Below, in pieces: positions 13,353-27,599 of a DNA stretch of 64,000 nucleotides. The stretch is from Callorhinchus milii (Eukaryota). Both the position numbers and the translations under genes were made by a program. How positions within the stretch are numbered: the first letter of the stretch is position 1; the number at the start of each line of letters is the position of its first letter. The notes beneath the pieces were generated by a model, which worked only from the letters and a program-made list of their open reading frames with translations, was not told the origin of the DNA and did no database searches. The stretch is from assembly GCF_018977255.1 (NCBI RefSeq), contig NW_024704742.1:36830001-36894000 (forward strand), written 5' to 3'.

Positions 13353-16300
13353 TCCCTTACATTATTGAACACGTTTTTGGTCATCTTCCTCCTTCAGCTT
13401 CCTCCCCACCCCACCGTGGGTGCCGAGCCAGCTGTGTAAAGTGGTGTAAGGCATCGTCCTGACGTGAAAGACATTCTATAAATGTAAATTGCACTGTACT
13501 GTCAAACGTGACAGCCATAACATTAGTAGCTGTTGGCCGTCCAGTGAGGGGTGAAAATTAGCAGCTGAAATGTGAGCACAAAAGCTCACCAACAAAAAAT
13601 AAAATTATAGCTGTAATTTGTACTGCATACAACTGAACACAGTATTTTTAAAAATATATAAATATTGCCTGGGCATTTGCTATGAGCTTTTAAAGCATCC
13701 CGTTGACTATCTAAATTGTTGTCTCTCATGGTTAGCATGTCATCAGTATGCCTCAATTGCCTGATAATCTTTTAAAACACTTTAAAGTATCACTTATTCC
13801 CTGGGTAACTATACTGATAATGATGAATTATCATTGTCTGCTCGTAGCTGCTGTATTTGCATTATCATGGAATTTCCCTTTATTAAAAGCACATGGACAT
13901 GGGTCGACAAATGGACTGACAAAGCAGAGAATAACCCCCAGGTCTTTCTATGTAATTCCCCAGTCCGAGAGTCTGTGGGGAAAGCTCTTTGCAGAAATAG
14001 CATTGTGGCTGCACCAGTACATTTTTGAATTCACACAGTATTGTACCAGCTGCAAATGCTATATAGATCAGTCTTATCTGCAATGCAGTCTGGTACTTCA
14101 ATCAATAAGAAGCTTGCCAGATTGCAGTACTACCTGATCTGAGAGTGGAATCTCTGGTCTATTTGCAAGTTATGCTTGGGCTGTGGATATTATCTGTAGC
14201 CCTCGGGCAGCCTGTGCAGTGGAGATCAGTGTTTGCTTCCAATGACAAAGGTTAGGAATCTAATCTGGAAATGGGCAGTCTGAAGAAAAAGGAAAAAAGA
14301 AAGTAAAGCTCAATAAAGCGACTATTGTTCCAATTGACATTTTGAATACATTATTTTTTTCCTCCTTTCTACTCACTGCTAATTCCCTTTTACTCAACAC
14401 AGTCTGCTGAAGTCGCTGGATAACTGTTTAGGAACGCAGGATGAATTCTAAGCAGTGGCTGATGGCTGTGACAGGCAAGGGCTCAGTGCCTCAGCAGAGA
14501 TGGCATTGGGAGATGAAAGTCTGTATGTCGGGGCAGGAGATAACTTCTGTGCCAAATCTGCGCTCAGGGGAGAGAGCACTGTTCTCATATCAATCTGCAG
14601 TGGCTACACCCTAATGTTCTTTCTTCTGTATTCTGGCTTTGTTGACAGTTTCTTTCTGTTCAGAGTGGTAGTATGGTATCCATTTTAAAGGGCTGCACAA
14701 TGAGTGCTTCAAAACTACAGTATTTAACAATCCAAGCCTGCTATACCCCCACCCCCCACCCCCCCACTCCCATCACATTCAGCCTTAGCAACTCAACTCT
14801 GCATTTATTTATCTTTTCGCTTCCTCCCATTATTGGCCGCCAGCCATCGTTCATACTCCTCCAGCTAAGAGTGGAAGGTTGGCTGAGTGCAGACTCATTT
14901 TATGACTGCTGTCAGCAGTGCTGTGTGACTGGCTGGCACAAGGCACTTTTGGATCAGGGTGAGATGGACGACGTCCCTCATTTCCTCCGCTAAACCCTTG
15001 CGACCACACGATAACCCATCTGGTAGCCCAGTTTAGAACTCATGATGTTTGCGTAATTCAAGCAGCCCCCAGGCAATCTCACCATCTGATGCCCGGGAGC
15101 AAAGTCCTTTAACTGCTTGAACTGTGGGCTAATCAAAAAGCGTCTCACAATTTACATACGGTATCCTGCCAGTAAACAAAAAGTGTGACGTTATTCTGTT
15201 TTTAATTTTGATGTGGAGTTTCTATGAAAAACTCCTTGCATCTGATATGGTCAATACTGTCTCAAGGAGCTTCACAAGGAATTGCTCTCAGTGTAATGGC
15301 TGTATATCTGTGTGCAAATGCAACAACCACTTTGCACACAGCAAGGTCTCACAAACACAAACAGCCTTAAAGGAAATGATCAATTTTATTTGGACTTAGT
15401 TTTTTTTCATTGAATGTCACAGCAAGGCAACATGTTTGATTTGCAATGCAACAATTACAGATTATAACATAAAATAGCACTATTAAACACAGCATAAAGC
15501 GAAGTATTCAGAGTTTACTGGCAAGGTTCATACTGAGAAAATCTTATATCTTAAGCTTTTTTTATGGTGTGGCTCACCAAGTGAACAGATGAGTTTCACA
15601 CCCCTGCTCGAGATAATAAATTGGAACTCTGACTGACATGTAGTTTAAAGGGCAGGGCATTTACCCTCTGAGCAATCAGGGAGTCACATAGAATATTTGT
15701 AACACATATTATCCAAAAAATTCTTGTGAACAAATTTAGACCAGTATCTTCAATTAGATTTCCTCTTTTGTGGTTCAGTGCATTTCAGTGTTGTTAACTG
15801 CAGTTGAGGGAGCCATATTGTAGTATTTTATATACCATCCCTTTAATACTGAGAAGAAATTAACATTTTTTAATAACAAATGACAGAAATATACTGTATT
15901 TTTGTCCTGAGTATTTATAAGGGTCTATGTCTGCTTCAGACCAATCTCATAGATATATCCCTTGTATTTTGTAAAAGCTTGTTTCGAGTTGATATTTGTA
16001 CTTAAGCATAGAAAATCCTCCTTTCTAAACCAGACCAGGTAGATATACGATAGAGGTCATAATTGGTACTATGCTGTCAACTTACAGTTTAACTTCTACT
16101 TTTTATAATTGAACAATGCTATGTGGAACAACAGTACTCCCTCTCTCTCCCTCTTTCTGCATCTCTCTCTGCTCTTCAGTGCTGGTTAAACAGTAAGGCT
16201 TGCAAATTGTTTCCATACCACAAACACTTTGAATATCATCAAAGTCTTGTTCACTTAGGGTGCTCCACTTGAGCACCGAGTACTCATCATAAAATGCAGA

Positions 16301-16910
16301 GCAAGCGGAAACTGTAATTGAAACCATTGCTTCCCTTTTAGTGTTTAGCAACAGGCTTCTGGTCTCCCATGCCAACGAAAATCGCTCTTATATCTGGGGA
16401 AGTCATTGACTTGCTGGCACTCCATCTCTATGAGTTAAAAGAGAAACCATGTAAATAGAGTGTAGAATGAGAGCATTGAATCCAGTCTGAATTCCACTGC
16501 ACTTGCATGTGTGGCAAAATTGCACCTTTTTTTAATAATGCGATGGCTGCACAATGTCAAAACTACAAACACTTTGAGACTGGAAGGTATTTGCATATCT
16601 CAAATATCTGTAACTATGAACTTTTACAATATTTTCGATGCTTAAAGTAGCATATAGCTTCTGAAATTTTTTTGTTGAGGGGACAATGGGAATTATTCCA
16701 ACAAGCTAGGATTAGATTCTCCTTGAAAGGGAATGTCCGGAACATATTTTTATTTAAAGGATGGGTGGGTTTTTCGCCGGCAAACCATTATTAAAACAGA
16801 GTCCATGAACTCTTTGAAAAGGTAATTAAAAGTGCTTGAAAGGGGGAATTTTACATGGTAAATAGAGTGAGTTCGAGAGTGGGATAAGATTAGGTGGCTC
16901 AACTGGTGAA

Positions 16911-17980
16911 ACAACAACAACAAAATTACATTTGTATCGCGCCTTTCACGTCGGGAGGACATCCCAAAGCGCTGGACAGAGTACAGCAATTCAGACCCGA
17001 GCTGGGGTTGGGGGTAAGGGAGGGGAGGGGAAGGGGGGTGGCTGATGGCATGGTTGAAGAGGAGGGTCTTGAGGCGGGACTTAAAGGAGGCTAAGGAGGG
17101 GGCAAGGTGGAGTGACTGGGGGATGGAATTCCAGAGGTTGGGGGCAGAGTGGTGGCTGAAGGCTCTCCCGCCAATGGTGAGGCGGGTAGGTCGGGGGATG
17201 TGGAGCAGGCCAGAGCCGGCAGCAGATGGAATGGACTGGTTGGTAAGGGGTTAGGAGATCGCAGAGGTAGGGTGGGGTGAGGCCATGGAGGGCTTTGTAT
17301 GTGAGGATCGGGATCTTGAACTGGATCCTCTGAAGGATAGGGAGCCAATGGAGTCGGGCGAGAATGGGGGAGATGGGGTCACGGAGTTTGGTGCGGGAGA
17401 GAACATGGGCAGCAGAGTTCTGGATTATCTGCAGCCTGTGGAGGGAGGAGTTGGGAAGGCCGACAAGCAGGGCTTTGCATATTCGAGCCTGGAGGTGATG
17501 AAGGCATGAACAAGAGTTTCAGTGGCCTGAGGGGTGAGGTAGTGGCAGAGTCGGGTGATGTTACGGAGGTGAGGGAAGGCAGAGTGGGTCATGGCTTGAA
17601 TGTGGGGAAGAAAAGACAGTTGAGGGTCGAACAAGACACCCAGGTTCCTGACTGGCTGGTGAGTTGTAGTGTGCAACCATGGAGGTTGATGCTGCCAGAG
17701 CCTGAGGTGCTGAGGCGCTGGAGTGAGCCAATCAGGAGGGCCTCAGTCACCGAGACGGTGAGGCCCCGGGTGATCACCAGGTCAAGGGGATGGCCACGGA
17801 CATGGGTGGGGGAGTGGATGAGGAGGGAGAAGTTGAGGGAAGAGAGGAGGGAGGAGAAGTCGGCAGAGGTATAGCAGGAGAGGGTGAAGTGGAGATTGAA
17901 GTCGCCTAAGATAAGGAGGCGTTCAGAGCAGAGGGAGAGGGAAGATAGGAGGTGTCCGAGAGGAAGGTGGGGAAGGCACT
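16911..17980 (-). mobile_element. Internally deleted L2 (endonuclease segment fused to post-RT segment)
   Basis: Minus strand: LLILGDFNLH and PTHVRGHPLDLVITRGL (APE endonuclease), then directly TEALLIG, VRNLGVLFD, 3'UTR and (TTG)n tail. Confidence 0.85.
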
Positions 17981-18139
17981 AGTACTGACAAGATGGGTCA
18001 AATTGCCTGTTTTATGCTACAACATTACACAATTTTATGTCTAAAAGATAAAGAGACATTTGGAAAGGGAAATAGGCTACCATCTCACTTGGGATTTGAG
18101 ATTATCAGTGTGCAACATTTTGCTCACAATTTTCTCTGC

Positions 18140-19262
18140 CTATTTTGTCCATTTTTCACCTTCTCCTGGTTGACTGGTTTAGATCGTACCTCTCACACTG
18201 CCTCCACTTCATCTCCACAAACGGTTTCTCCTTTAGCCCCAGCACCATCTCGTGTGGTGTTCCTCTGGACTCTGTCCTTGGTCCCCTTCTCTTCAATATC
18301 TATATGCTCCCTCTTGGTGGCATCATCCGCAGACATAGGGTCAATTTCCAGATGTATGCGGATGACACCCAAGTGTATCTCTCTGCCTCCACCCTTGACT
18401 CCAGGACCACTGCTGTCCTGACAGAATGTTTGGATGAGAGCTAATCTTTTTCAATTGAACGTCAACAGGACCGAGGCCCCGTTGATTGGCTCCTGTCAGC
18501 GTCTCCTCACCTCAGGCGCTGACAGCATCACCATCCATGGTTGTACACTACACCTTATTAAGTCAGTCTAGAACCTTGACATATTGTTTGATCCTCAACT
18601 ATCCTTTCCACCCCACATCTGTGCAATGACCTGCTCTGCCTTCCCCCACCTCCGCAACGTCGCCTGGCTCCGACACTGTCTCACACCGCCGAAACCCTCA
18701 GACATGCTTTCATTACATCAAGGCTTGACTATGCAAACTCCTTGCTTGTTAACCTCCCCAACTCATCCAGAACTCTGCAGCCCCTGTCATCTCCTGCACC
18801 AGGCTCCATGACCCTATCACCCCGATCCTCACTAAACTCCACTGGCTTCCCATTCGCACAGAGGGTACAGTTCAAGATCCCAGTCCTCACCTTCAAAGCC
18901 CTCCATGGCCTTGCTCCCCGCTACCTCTGTGACCTCCTAATCCCCTACCATCCTGCCTGCTCCCTCCGCTCAGCGGGCTCCGGCCTGCTTCATGACCTCG
19001 CCCCACCACTGGTGGGCAGGCCTTCAGCCCTCTGGAACTCCATCCCGCAGTCCCTCTGCCTCACCCCCTCCCTTGCCTTCTTCAAGACCCATAGTAAGAG
19101 CCTCCTTTTCGATCATGCTTTCGCTCATCCTGCTTCCCCCCCTGCCTTCCACCCTTCCCAATCCCGACCCCCAGCTCAGGCCCGAAACACTGACTGTCCA
19201 GCATCTTGGGATATCCTCCCAACATGAAAGGTGCTATACAAATGTAATTTTGCTGTTGTTAT
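18140..19262 (+). mobile_element. L2 LINE 3' fragment with partial RT
   Basis: WFRSYLS, GVPLDSVLGPLLFNIYMLPLG, YADDTQVY, FKIPVLTFKALHGLAPRYL; tail gctatacaaatgtaattttgctgttg. Confidence 0.9.
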
Positions 19263-19394
19263 TTATTGAACTGCACATTACAGTGGATGAGCCAAATTTT
19301 ATGCTCATTCAACATCAACAGTCATTCAATTGCACCATGCGCTATCCTCCCGATGTGAAAAGCACTATATAAATTTGTATTGTATTGTCATAGA

Positions 19395-19545
19395 TATTAG
19401 GAGCGGGAACATTTGTGGATTTCCCCACCCCAATTTGAGAAGATGAGTTATAGCCCTATTTTCCCTGCTAACTCAACACTGACTGAGAATTGAACAGGAG
19501 ACTTTCTGATTTAAGTATTCACTGACTAAACAAATTGAGCAAACC
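19395..19545 (-). mobile_element. Ancient tRNA-derived SINE relic (AmnSINE2-like)
   Basis: Minus strand cctgttcaattctcagtcagtgttgagttagc...ggggaaatcc...gttcccgctccta resembles the recalled consensus. Confidence 0.4.
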
Positions 19546-19559
19546 GGATCACAAAATTG

Positions 19560-19870
19560 GTTTGATTGAAGAAACCCCTTCAGCCCATCTGATCTCATCA
19601 TTCCAGAACACCACCCCATTGCCCTCCCATCAGAGCATCAAACTTTTTTCAAAATGAGTCCAGTGTCCTGGCCTCAACCATTCTTTCTGGCAACCTGTTC
19701 CAGTCATTAATTATCCTCTAAAGAAAAACTTCCTGGTGTCTGTCCTGAAATTGCTCTTTGTAACATCTTTTTGCTCTATCCTAAAGTATTGTTCTGGGTT
19801 TACTTTTCCAATCCTGTTTAAATTTTATACACCTCTATAACATCCCCTCTGAGACATCTTTTATCAACAC
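19560..19870 (-). mobile_element. CR1 3' fragment
   Basis: ggcaacctgttccag...ttttatacacctctataacatcccctctgagac (reverse of the RLRGD/EVYK motif). Confidence 0.65.
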
Positions 19871-20933
19871 TTAGAGAAACAGTGGGATGCACTACGAATC
19901 ATCTTATGTGAATAAATAAAAACTGCTTCAATCAGATGTCAATTTCTTTTAACAACTAACACATTTTCATCCAGAAATGTATATCTGGCCAGAACCCGAT
20001 TTCTTTAATTTTTTTTCTATAAAAAGTGTGAATTTTGTTAACATGTTTAAACAATTTAGGAAATCAAATTTGAGTGGTCCGTGCATTGTTTGAGTTATTC
20101 TTTTTCTAGCATTTATGAAACGTACCACATAAATGCAAGTGTCCATCAAGAGACAGTTTGGAAATAAATGATTGCTGTTGAAACAGGGCCCCTAACAAAC
20201 TAATAGGCTCAACATTTTTCATGGGCATATTTTTCCTAGTTTCCTTGAATATGTTAGTAGCAATAGGATTTCATTGTTACTGAATCATGTTAAGCCTATC
20301 CTGTGTTGTGGGCCAGTAACAATCACATTATTGTTAGTTCTGCCACTCAGCTTCCCTTTTGTCTCTTGAACTGAAGTCATGAATTATGCTTTGGAAAAAT
20401 ATGCTTACATTTTTGAAAAAGTACCAAAATATTGTACAAACTATCTTTGTTGTTTTCCATTAATGATTCAAATAACTGAATATTTTTGCAAGATGACCAG
20501 CGCTCTATTTTGCGGGGTACATACAATTCGAAGAATTTCTGAAATCGATGCATGATGTCAAAGGTTTGTTTACAGTATATATGTGTGGGCCTGCTTCATG
20601 GGTTTGTAATGCAAAGGCTGCTTTTCTGACAATGCATCCCTAAAGGGCACCAGTGTTCTGTATCGGCTCAATTGATCATCTATAGTTTTCTTGGTTCCCT
20701 GGCACAATCTTTGGCATGCTTTCTGATTTGTGCATTCAAGTGAAAAGAGAAAATGATAAAATCTTTGAAATTGCAGCACAGGAGTTTGGCTCACTCAGCT
20801 AATCCCTCCACCGGGCTCCATGCCCGAATTCCAAATCCCTGCTCTTTTTCCCTTCTCTTTTACATTGTTTTTCTTCAAATACTTGTACAATTACATTTTA
20901 AATATTGGAAGCATGTATATAAAAGCTAATAAG

Positions 20934-21203
20934 AATAATAATAAAAATAATCCTTGCATTTGATATAGCACCTTATCACATATTTGAGCCATCACAAAGC
21001 GCTTCACAGAATATATTGTAAAGTGACTTGACTGTAATTTGTGGGCAAGAAGCAACAGCCATATGTGCACAGTTGTGTCCCACAAACAACTAGGTTCCGA
21101 CTTACTGCTAGGTAAACAGAGGCATGTGGAATAAGGAACCTTGCTTAACATTTTACCCTGCCCGAGAATTGAACCCTCTCGCTTCGGGTCCTCTCGCTTG
21201 CAA
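20934..21203 (-). mobile_element. tRNA-derived SINE (family A), 5' end damaged
   Basis: aataatccttgcatttgatatagcacc tail and B-box remnant gaattgaaccc on the + strand. Confidence 0.75.
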
Positions 21204-21271
21204 AATAAATCAGAAATTGTTCAGAATACTAAGGGATGGCAATTTCTGGAAATTGCTGCTTAGATGAATAA

Positions 21272-21450
21272 TGGTGTGGTGGATAAACTCTGCCTTTTCA
21301 CCTCTGGGTCTTAGTTTTGAATCCAATGTAGACTGTTAGGTAATGGCTCACTTTTAGGGAGTGAATAAGTTTGTGAGGTATCAAATCCTGGTGGACACAA
21401 GCCTACAACACAAGACTCGGTACAAATTGACTCTGAACTTACAATCTTTT
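21272..21450 (+). mobile_element. LF-SINE-like relic
   Basis: gccttttcacctctgggtc...gaatcca and cctggtggacacaagcctacaacacaa...caaattgactct resemble recalled LF-SINE head and body motifs. Confidence 0.5.
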
Positions 21451-24400
21451 TTGGAGAGAGGTGGAACAGAATCCTGTTGTGTGAAATCGAAAACTGACAT
21501 GGGTTCTCTAGGGGATCCACTTCTGAGATTAAGACATAAAGTGAAGGAAGGGTGCTTGGGGGAGGGGGGACAGAGAGCATTTCTCTGTATTCTCACTTGA
21601 AAATGATTGATATTGTCCCATTGCTTAGCAATGACATTCCTCAGCTTGGACACAAGACTTCACCCAAAATAATTTAAATTTGAGGCATTGAGATATCTTC
21701 ATTTTTACATAAGAGTGCAAAGGTGGGATTTCTAACTGGATTCCTGAATAACTCTGAACAGATTTAGGATCCATTTTTGATTATATAAGACTAATCATTA
21801 TTAGACCCAGCCCAGGTCCGAAACACTTATTGTCCAGCGCCTTGGGATGTCCTAGCGACGTGAAAGTCGCTATACAAATGTATTTTTTGTTGTCGTATTA
21901 TATTACCTGGGAATGCACAAGACTGGAGAGACTACTGTAGTTCATTTGAAGAGGAGGAATATAAAATGGTACAGAGAAAGAGCAGGAAATGGGCGGTGAA
22001 CTGGTATTAACTTAGATTTGATGGGCTGAATGACCTCTTGCTATATGGTGATTTTTATGATTGATTCTATAATTCTAGTTGGCCAGTGCTAAAGTAACAT
22101 TCTTTCCCTTTCTTTCAAAACCTGCCAAAAGACCGATTTGTTCACTGTGCCTTCAGTCACCTTTTCCTAGTGTTCCATCTACCTCCTAGCTTGGGTCCTC
22201 ACTCAGTCTTCATAAAACATTTCAAGACATTCACTCTCCTTATGTGAAAGGCACTTAATAAGTACAAATTATTGTAATATTTTCTCATACAAAGTTAATG
22301 GGATTCGTTTCTATCTCTCATACCCTTTCCTCCATTCCCCACCAAGCACACACAACCTTCCTCTGTTATCACGTGAGTGATTTGTTATCTCTATCCTGGG
22401 ATTTAATGTTCATTCCATTGGAGCTCAGACAGCAGTAGATTAACCAGATACCAAATATCAATGTGTGTGAGAATAAATAAAATAGGCAGCTGGCAGATTA
22501 GAGTGCCGTCTCCTGGTAGGACGTTGTGCCTTTGATATCGTACAACTTTTTAAAAGGCCATAAATTGCATGAATAATAACGATAATCCTTGCATTTATTG
22601 TAGTGCCTTAGCACATTGCTGAGACGCTTTAAACCACCTCACAGGATACACTGTAGAATGGTGTCATCGCTGTATCTATTTTGTGGGCAAAGGTGGTAGC
22701 CAACTTGTGTACAGCAATGTTTCACAAATAGCCCCGAAGTAAGTGACACATTTTATTGGGGGGATTGTTGATCAAGACACTGGTTAAAAACTCCAGAAAT
22801 GTTATGGGGTGGCATGTAGTTATTTCTAGTTCTACCAAATATTCATATTGTCCAGTAACATTTATTTGTACTGCACCTCGAGCATAGATTTAATGTAATT
22901 GTCATGTCAAATTGCCCCTGAGAATGCAGTGTAGCTCCATTATTGAAGGCGTTAATTCAATTGTGAACTATACTCCTGGAAATATCTCGGGAGGAATCAA
23001 ATGATTGCATCAGCTGCAGTATAAATCAAGTCTGAGCAGCAGCCAATTTCAAAGGGCTTTTAAACTTTAAAAACTTTAAACCTAAATGTTCTCGGGCAAT
23101 CTATTGGAAGTGTAAATCAGGCTTCTGAATCAGGGGGATAATTAATTGCTTCAGCAGTTTAAATGCAACATTAATGGAAATCTAGACATCTCAGAGGGAC
23201 TGACTGGAGATATATAAAATGCCGAATAGGATTGAAAACGTAAACCAGAAACAATATGCCAAAGCAGCAGTACAAGAAATCACAACTTCAGAATTGTGAA
23301 GGGCAGGTATGCAATAATTGTTTGTGGGACATTTGCTGTATCCAAATAGGCTCACCTACATCCACAAAATACACAATCATTGCAATTTACAGTACATCTT
23401 GTGAAGTCCTTGAAGACATTCTCCTGCCATGCAAGGTGCTATATCAAATGTAAAGATTATTATTATTGTTGATTAAAATGTCCCAAATTTCTTTACACAA
23501 AAGCTTGTCAATAGTTGGAAATGGGTTACCAGGAAGCGTGGTGCAGGCCAGGACCCTGGACTTCTTTAAGCAGCAGCTTGATGCAATGGAGGACTTTGGA
23601 TTGTCATTTTGAAAAGCGGCATCAGTTGATTCAAAAGGTTTTCTTCATCTGAACTTTTTGTGACTAACTTCAAATAATATTTAAGAGGCTATTAATATCT
23701 GCTGATAAAAGCATCTCACCAAAATGCTTTTTCACCGAGATTTGCAAAACCTTTAGGCTATTTATTTCTTTGAATCCTTGTCCTCATGTTCAAATTCCTC
23801 TATGACCTGCTCTACCTTACCTCTGTGACCTCAGTTCTGCTTCATGTCTCCACCTGCTCCATGTGCCTGCCTGCTCCATGAAATATACCAGAATCTACAA
23901 TTTGCAAAATATAATCAACTTCTAGTTTGTTGCTATTCTCAAAGGATGATGCATAGTAAAAGTGGAGAGTCACAGATATTTAACTTGCAATCCTCCATGA
24001 TGGTCTCAGTAGTCCTGAACCAGGTAGGTTTGCAGTACTCCTGGGCACTGTTGATGATGGACCAACCACCCTGGCCCATTGGCAGGACTCGGAGAAGCGG
24101 GCCAGTCATGTCCACTCAGCTCCTAATGACTTTGCAATGCAAAATGCTAACGGATAGATTGGTCCCAGCTCGAGAAGTAGAAAAAAGCCTATCAGCATTC
24201 TGCTTATCATTTTAGCTTGTTAAGCTCCAACAGTGCTCAATGTACACTTAGGATTCCCAAAATGTGTCCCTTTCCAACATGGGCTTAAAGTCTCTGGGAT
24301 TAGAGAGGCATGTGTCCCACTGCAAGTTAGTGCACACTCCACACTACACAAACTCAAACCATAAATTTGTGGAACTCTTCATTTTTTTAGTTTGGAGACA

Positions 24401-27400
24401 CTTAGGACAACAACAACAATACAAAAAATTTGTCATTTATATAGTGCCCTTCATCTGGAGTAGAATCTCAGAGCTCTTAACAATGGTGTAATTTAACACC
24501 GAGCTGGGGAGAATGCGGAGGTGACCAAAGGCTCAGTCGAAGATGGGCAAAGAGGAGGTAAGGTGGGCGAGTTGAGGCAGGGAGTTCCAGACTAAAGATT
24601 CAGAAAGGATTACCGAATAGTAAATCCTGTGAATAGCCAATCTACTTTTGAGCTTGTTATTATCTGTAGATCAGCATATCAGGTTACCAGCAGAATTCAA
24701 TATTTATAAATCTTTTGCAGTTCCTGTTAGAACATATTTGCTTCCGAAATTAAAAAATAGTTTGCCAAACATGTTTCCATTCTCGGAAAAGTGCCCCTTT
24801 AAACAGATATGGAGATATCCGTGGGTTTGCTTGCCTTTTTATTCAACAATCTCGGGCTTTTGCCGCAGCCGAGACCTAAAATAAAACATTGATCCTAATC
24901 AGAACAGAAGTTTAATTTTCTAGTGCCTTTGGTCACACGTCAGTAGACCTTTGTATGCTATTAAACTTTTGTAATCTGCTCAAAGGCTATCTCTTAGCTC
25001 TTGGAAATGCTTCTGCTTCCCACTCTTGAGAAGCTGTGCTCCCCTGTGCTGTGTGTCTGTATCCATTTTTCTTCCTCACTTGTGCACACAGCACAAAGGA
25101 GTCAAAAGTAATGAAGCTAAAGTTAATCCAGTCGATGTCACACAAAGATCTCCAGAGTCAGCAGCAGAGGTCTGGAGAAGTTCCTGATTATTTTGAGCAT
25201 GCGTATGGTCAACAATGGGTTTTTATCCATTACATAGGACATTTTTGCATCCATGATCAAGGTTGCATGAATTTTTTAAAAAACATTACCACCTCAGGGC
25301 AACCTTAGATGAACATTAAATGTTGGCCCTGTCAGCATCGCCCACATCCTGAAATAAAGATTAAAAAAACACAAATGTTTGAACAGTGTTTTCAAGAATC
25401 TTAAGCTGCCTTTGTATGACCTTTGCTGCCTCTTCTAATTGCACAGTTCCTCCTGAATGAACCTTCTCATGTTGGGCTGCCTGGGAAAAACAACACACTT
25501 GCAATTAGCAGAAACACAAGAAGCCCAATCCATCCTTTCTTTCCTTCAAGATAAGCTGCTGGTGTGAAAGAAAAAGTATTGAAGGGCATCTGAGAAAGTG
25601 AAATAAATTGCTTAGTCTCACCTAGTGAAGACAAACACAGCTGTGTAATAGGAACAGCTGCTGTTTCTGTTCATGGTGAAAATCACTGAGTTTGTACAGG
25701 TCCACAGACTTACTGCTTCTTTGTACTGAACAATTAGATACAGCGGTGTGCCTTTGCCAGCCTTAAGCAACGATTTTCAAGTGGCCCGTACATTGTTTCT
25801 AAGTTGTTTTCCCTGTGGTGTTTGAACAGATGAATGGGTCTTGAAAGTGCCTTTTGTTTACCGGGTGTTTGAACTGCACAGGGTGACGTCAAGGTTGACT
25901 GCCAGCCTCAGCCTCGGCCAGCGGTCTGGCCTGAGGTTGGCAGCTCATTGTATGGGAATGAAAAGTTCTTGAGTCTGTTCAAATCTCATTGTTCAGTCCT
26001 GTAGCTAGTCTGCATAAACAGAAATTACCTTGAGAACATAACCAATAAAAAAAACAATGCTTCTGTTACTATTTCAATATGAAGAGGACTACATCTGCTT
26101 AATAAGTAAATCCTTTTTGTTTTTTCGTTGCAAATTTTGTCCCCCTCTCCTGAAGGCATTTGACTTCTGTTTTCCTTCTCCTCTGGTTACACAGGCTCCT
26201 TCTGGTACCTTACCAAAGTGGCTATTATTTATGTGAACCTTGACAGTGAGTGTCGGCAGTCTTTTCAACCTCAGGGGCATCACAGCCAAGCCTGATCCTG
26301 TCTTCATCCATCATTCACATACCTTCCAACAGGGGTTACTGGATCTTGATCTGGCCTGAAATTTCTCAGGTTCTTAAGCATAGGAGCGTTGTCCTTGAAT
26401 TTAAGATTGTGCAGAATGTTGGAAACCAGTCTTAAATTCAGTTTTATTTCAGCAATTAGATATATTAAAAAATACCAAACTATGAAAAATTGTCTTCCAG
26501 ATTAAGGCCGAATTTAAAACATTTTAAAACAAAATCTCACACTTTTTTAAAATTTTAGGATATAAGAAATTTTGGGTCACTGGAGCAGGTACCCGGACTG
26601 GCATTCCCTGCCCCTATTGCACTGAGACCAATTATAATGGTGCATCTCTTGCCTCTGCTGAGATAACTTAACTCAGGAACGTAAACCCTTTTTTTCAGAT
26701 GGTGCAATGCACGATATAAAACAACTGACACAGCTAAAATAATCATAAAACAAGAATTAATTTCAACTACTATTGAATGGCTAAATATTATCAGTGTCTT
26801 GGGAACGAGCTGAATGGAACTGAAGATTAGAACAAAATGCGGTTTATCTTTGGATCCGCCCAGATGCAGGATCATCGCAGGATTACTTCAGGGAGTAATA
26901 ACAGCAAGTCGCTTGTAAAATTTCCATTGAATTTGGAGCGAATCATAATTTCATTTCTTGGCCTGTCCTGCCCATTGGTTTTTCCCATACGCTCTGACAG
27001 GTTGGAGCACACTAGGGATGGCTCAGAATTAAATAAATCTGCTCTATGGATTGGTTTGCTAACGTTGTCCTGAGTTTAACAGTAAATTGACAGTACCAGT
27101 GTTTTGGTCTCTTTTGATGATGTTTCCATCAGAGATGAACCGTGTTATATTAAAATTGCTATAAAATGGTGCAGTTACCTTTCCTCCGCTGAATGCCAGA
27201 GCAGTTTTAGGAAGATTTTAATTTATTTTATTCATTTGGAAGCTGTTAAGAGCACTTCCCTAATAATAAAATGTATCATGTGTAATCCATTTTTGCATGA
27301 AAATGTGCCCAATGAACTATACAAAGCACAATGTTTGAGGTATAAAGCACAATGAATTTTAACAGGATTCCTTAAAAGGGAATCTGAGTTACAAATGAAA

Positions 27401-27599
27401 ATGGGGATTCCGGAGTAGGCTTCCTGCTGGTTGATGCAACATTTCTACAGTTTCCAGGAGTCCACAGGCTCAGAATTCCATCTACTTTTAGCCTGCTAGA
27501 CCAATTTGTCATAACGTAAGTTTTATCAGCATTGCTGATCTGGGCTTACAGATTCAAGGTGCTATCCTGCATTAAGGGAACTATATAAATTATATATTA

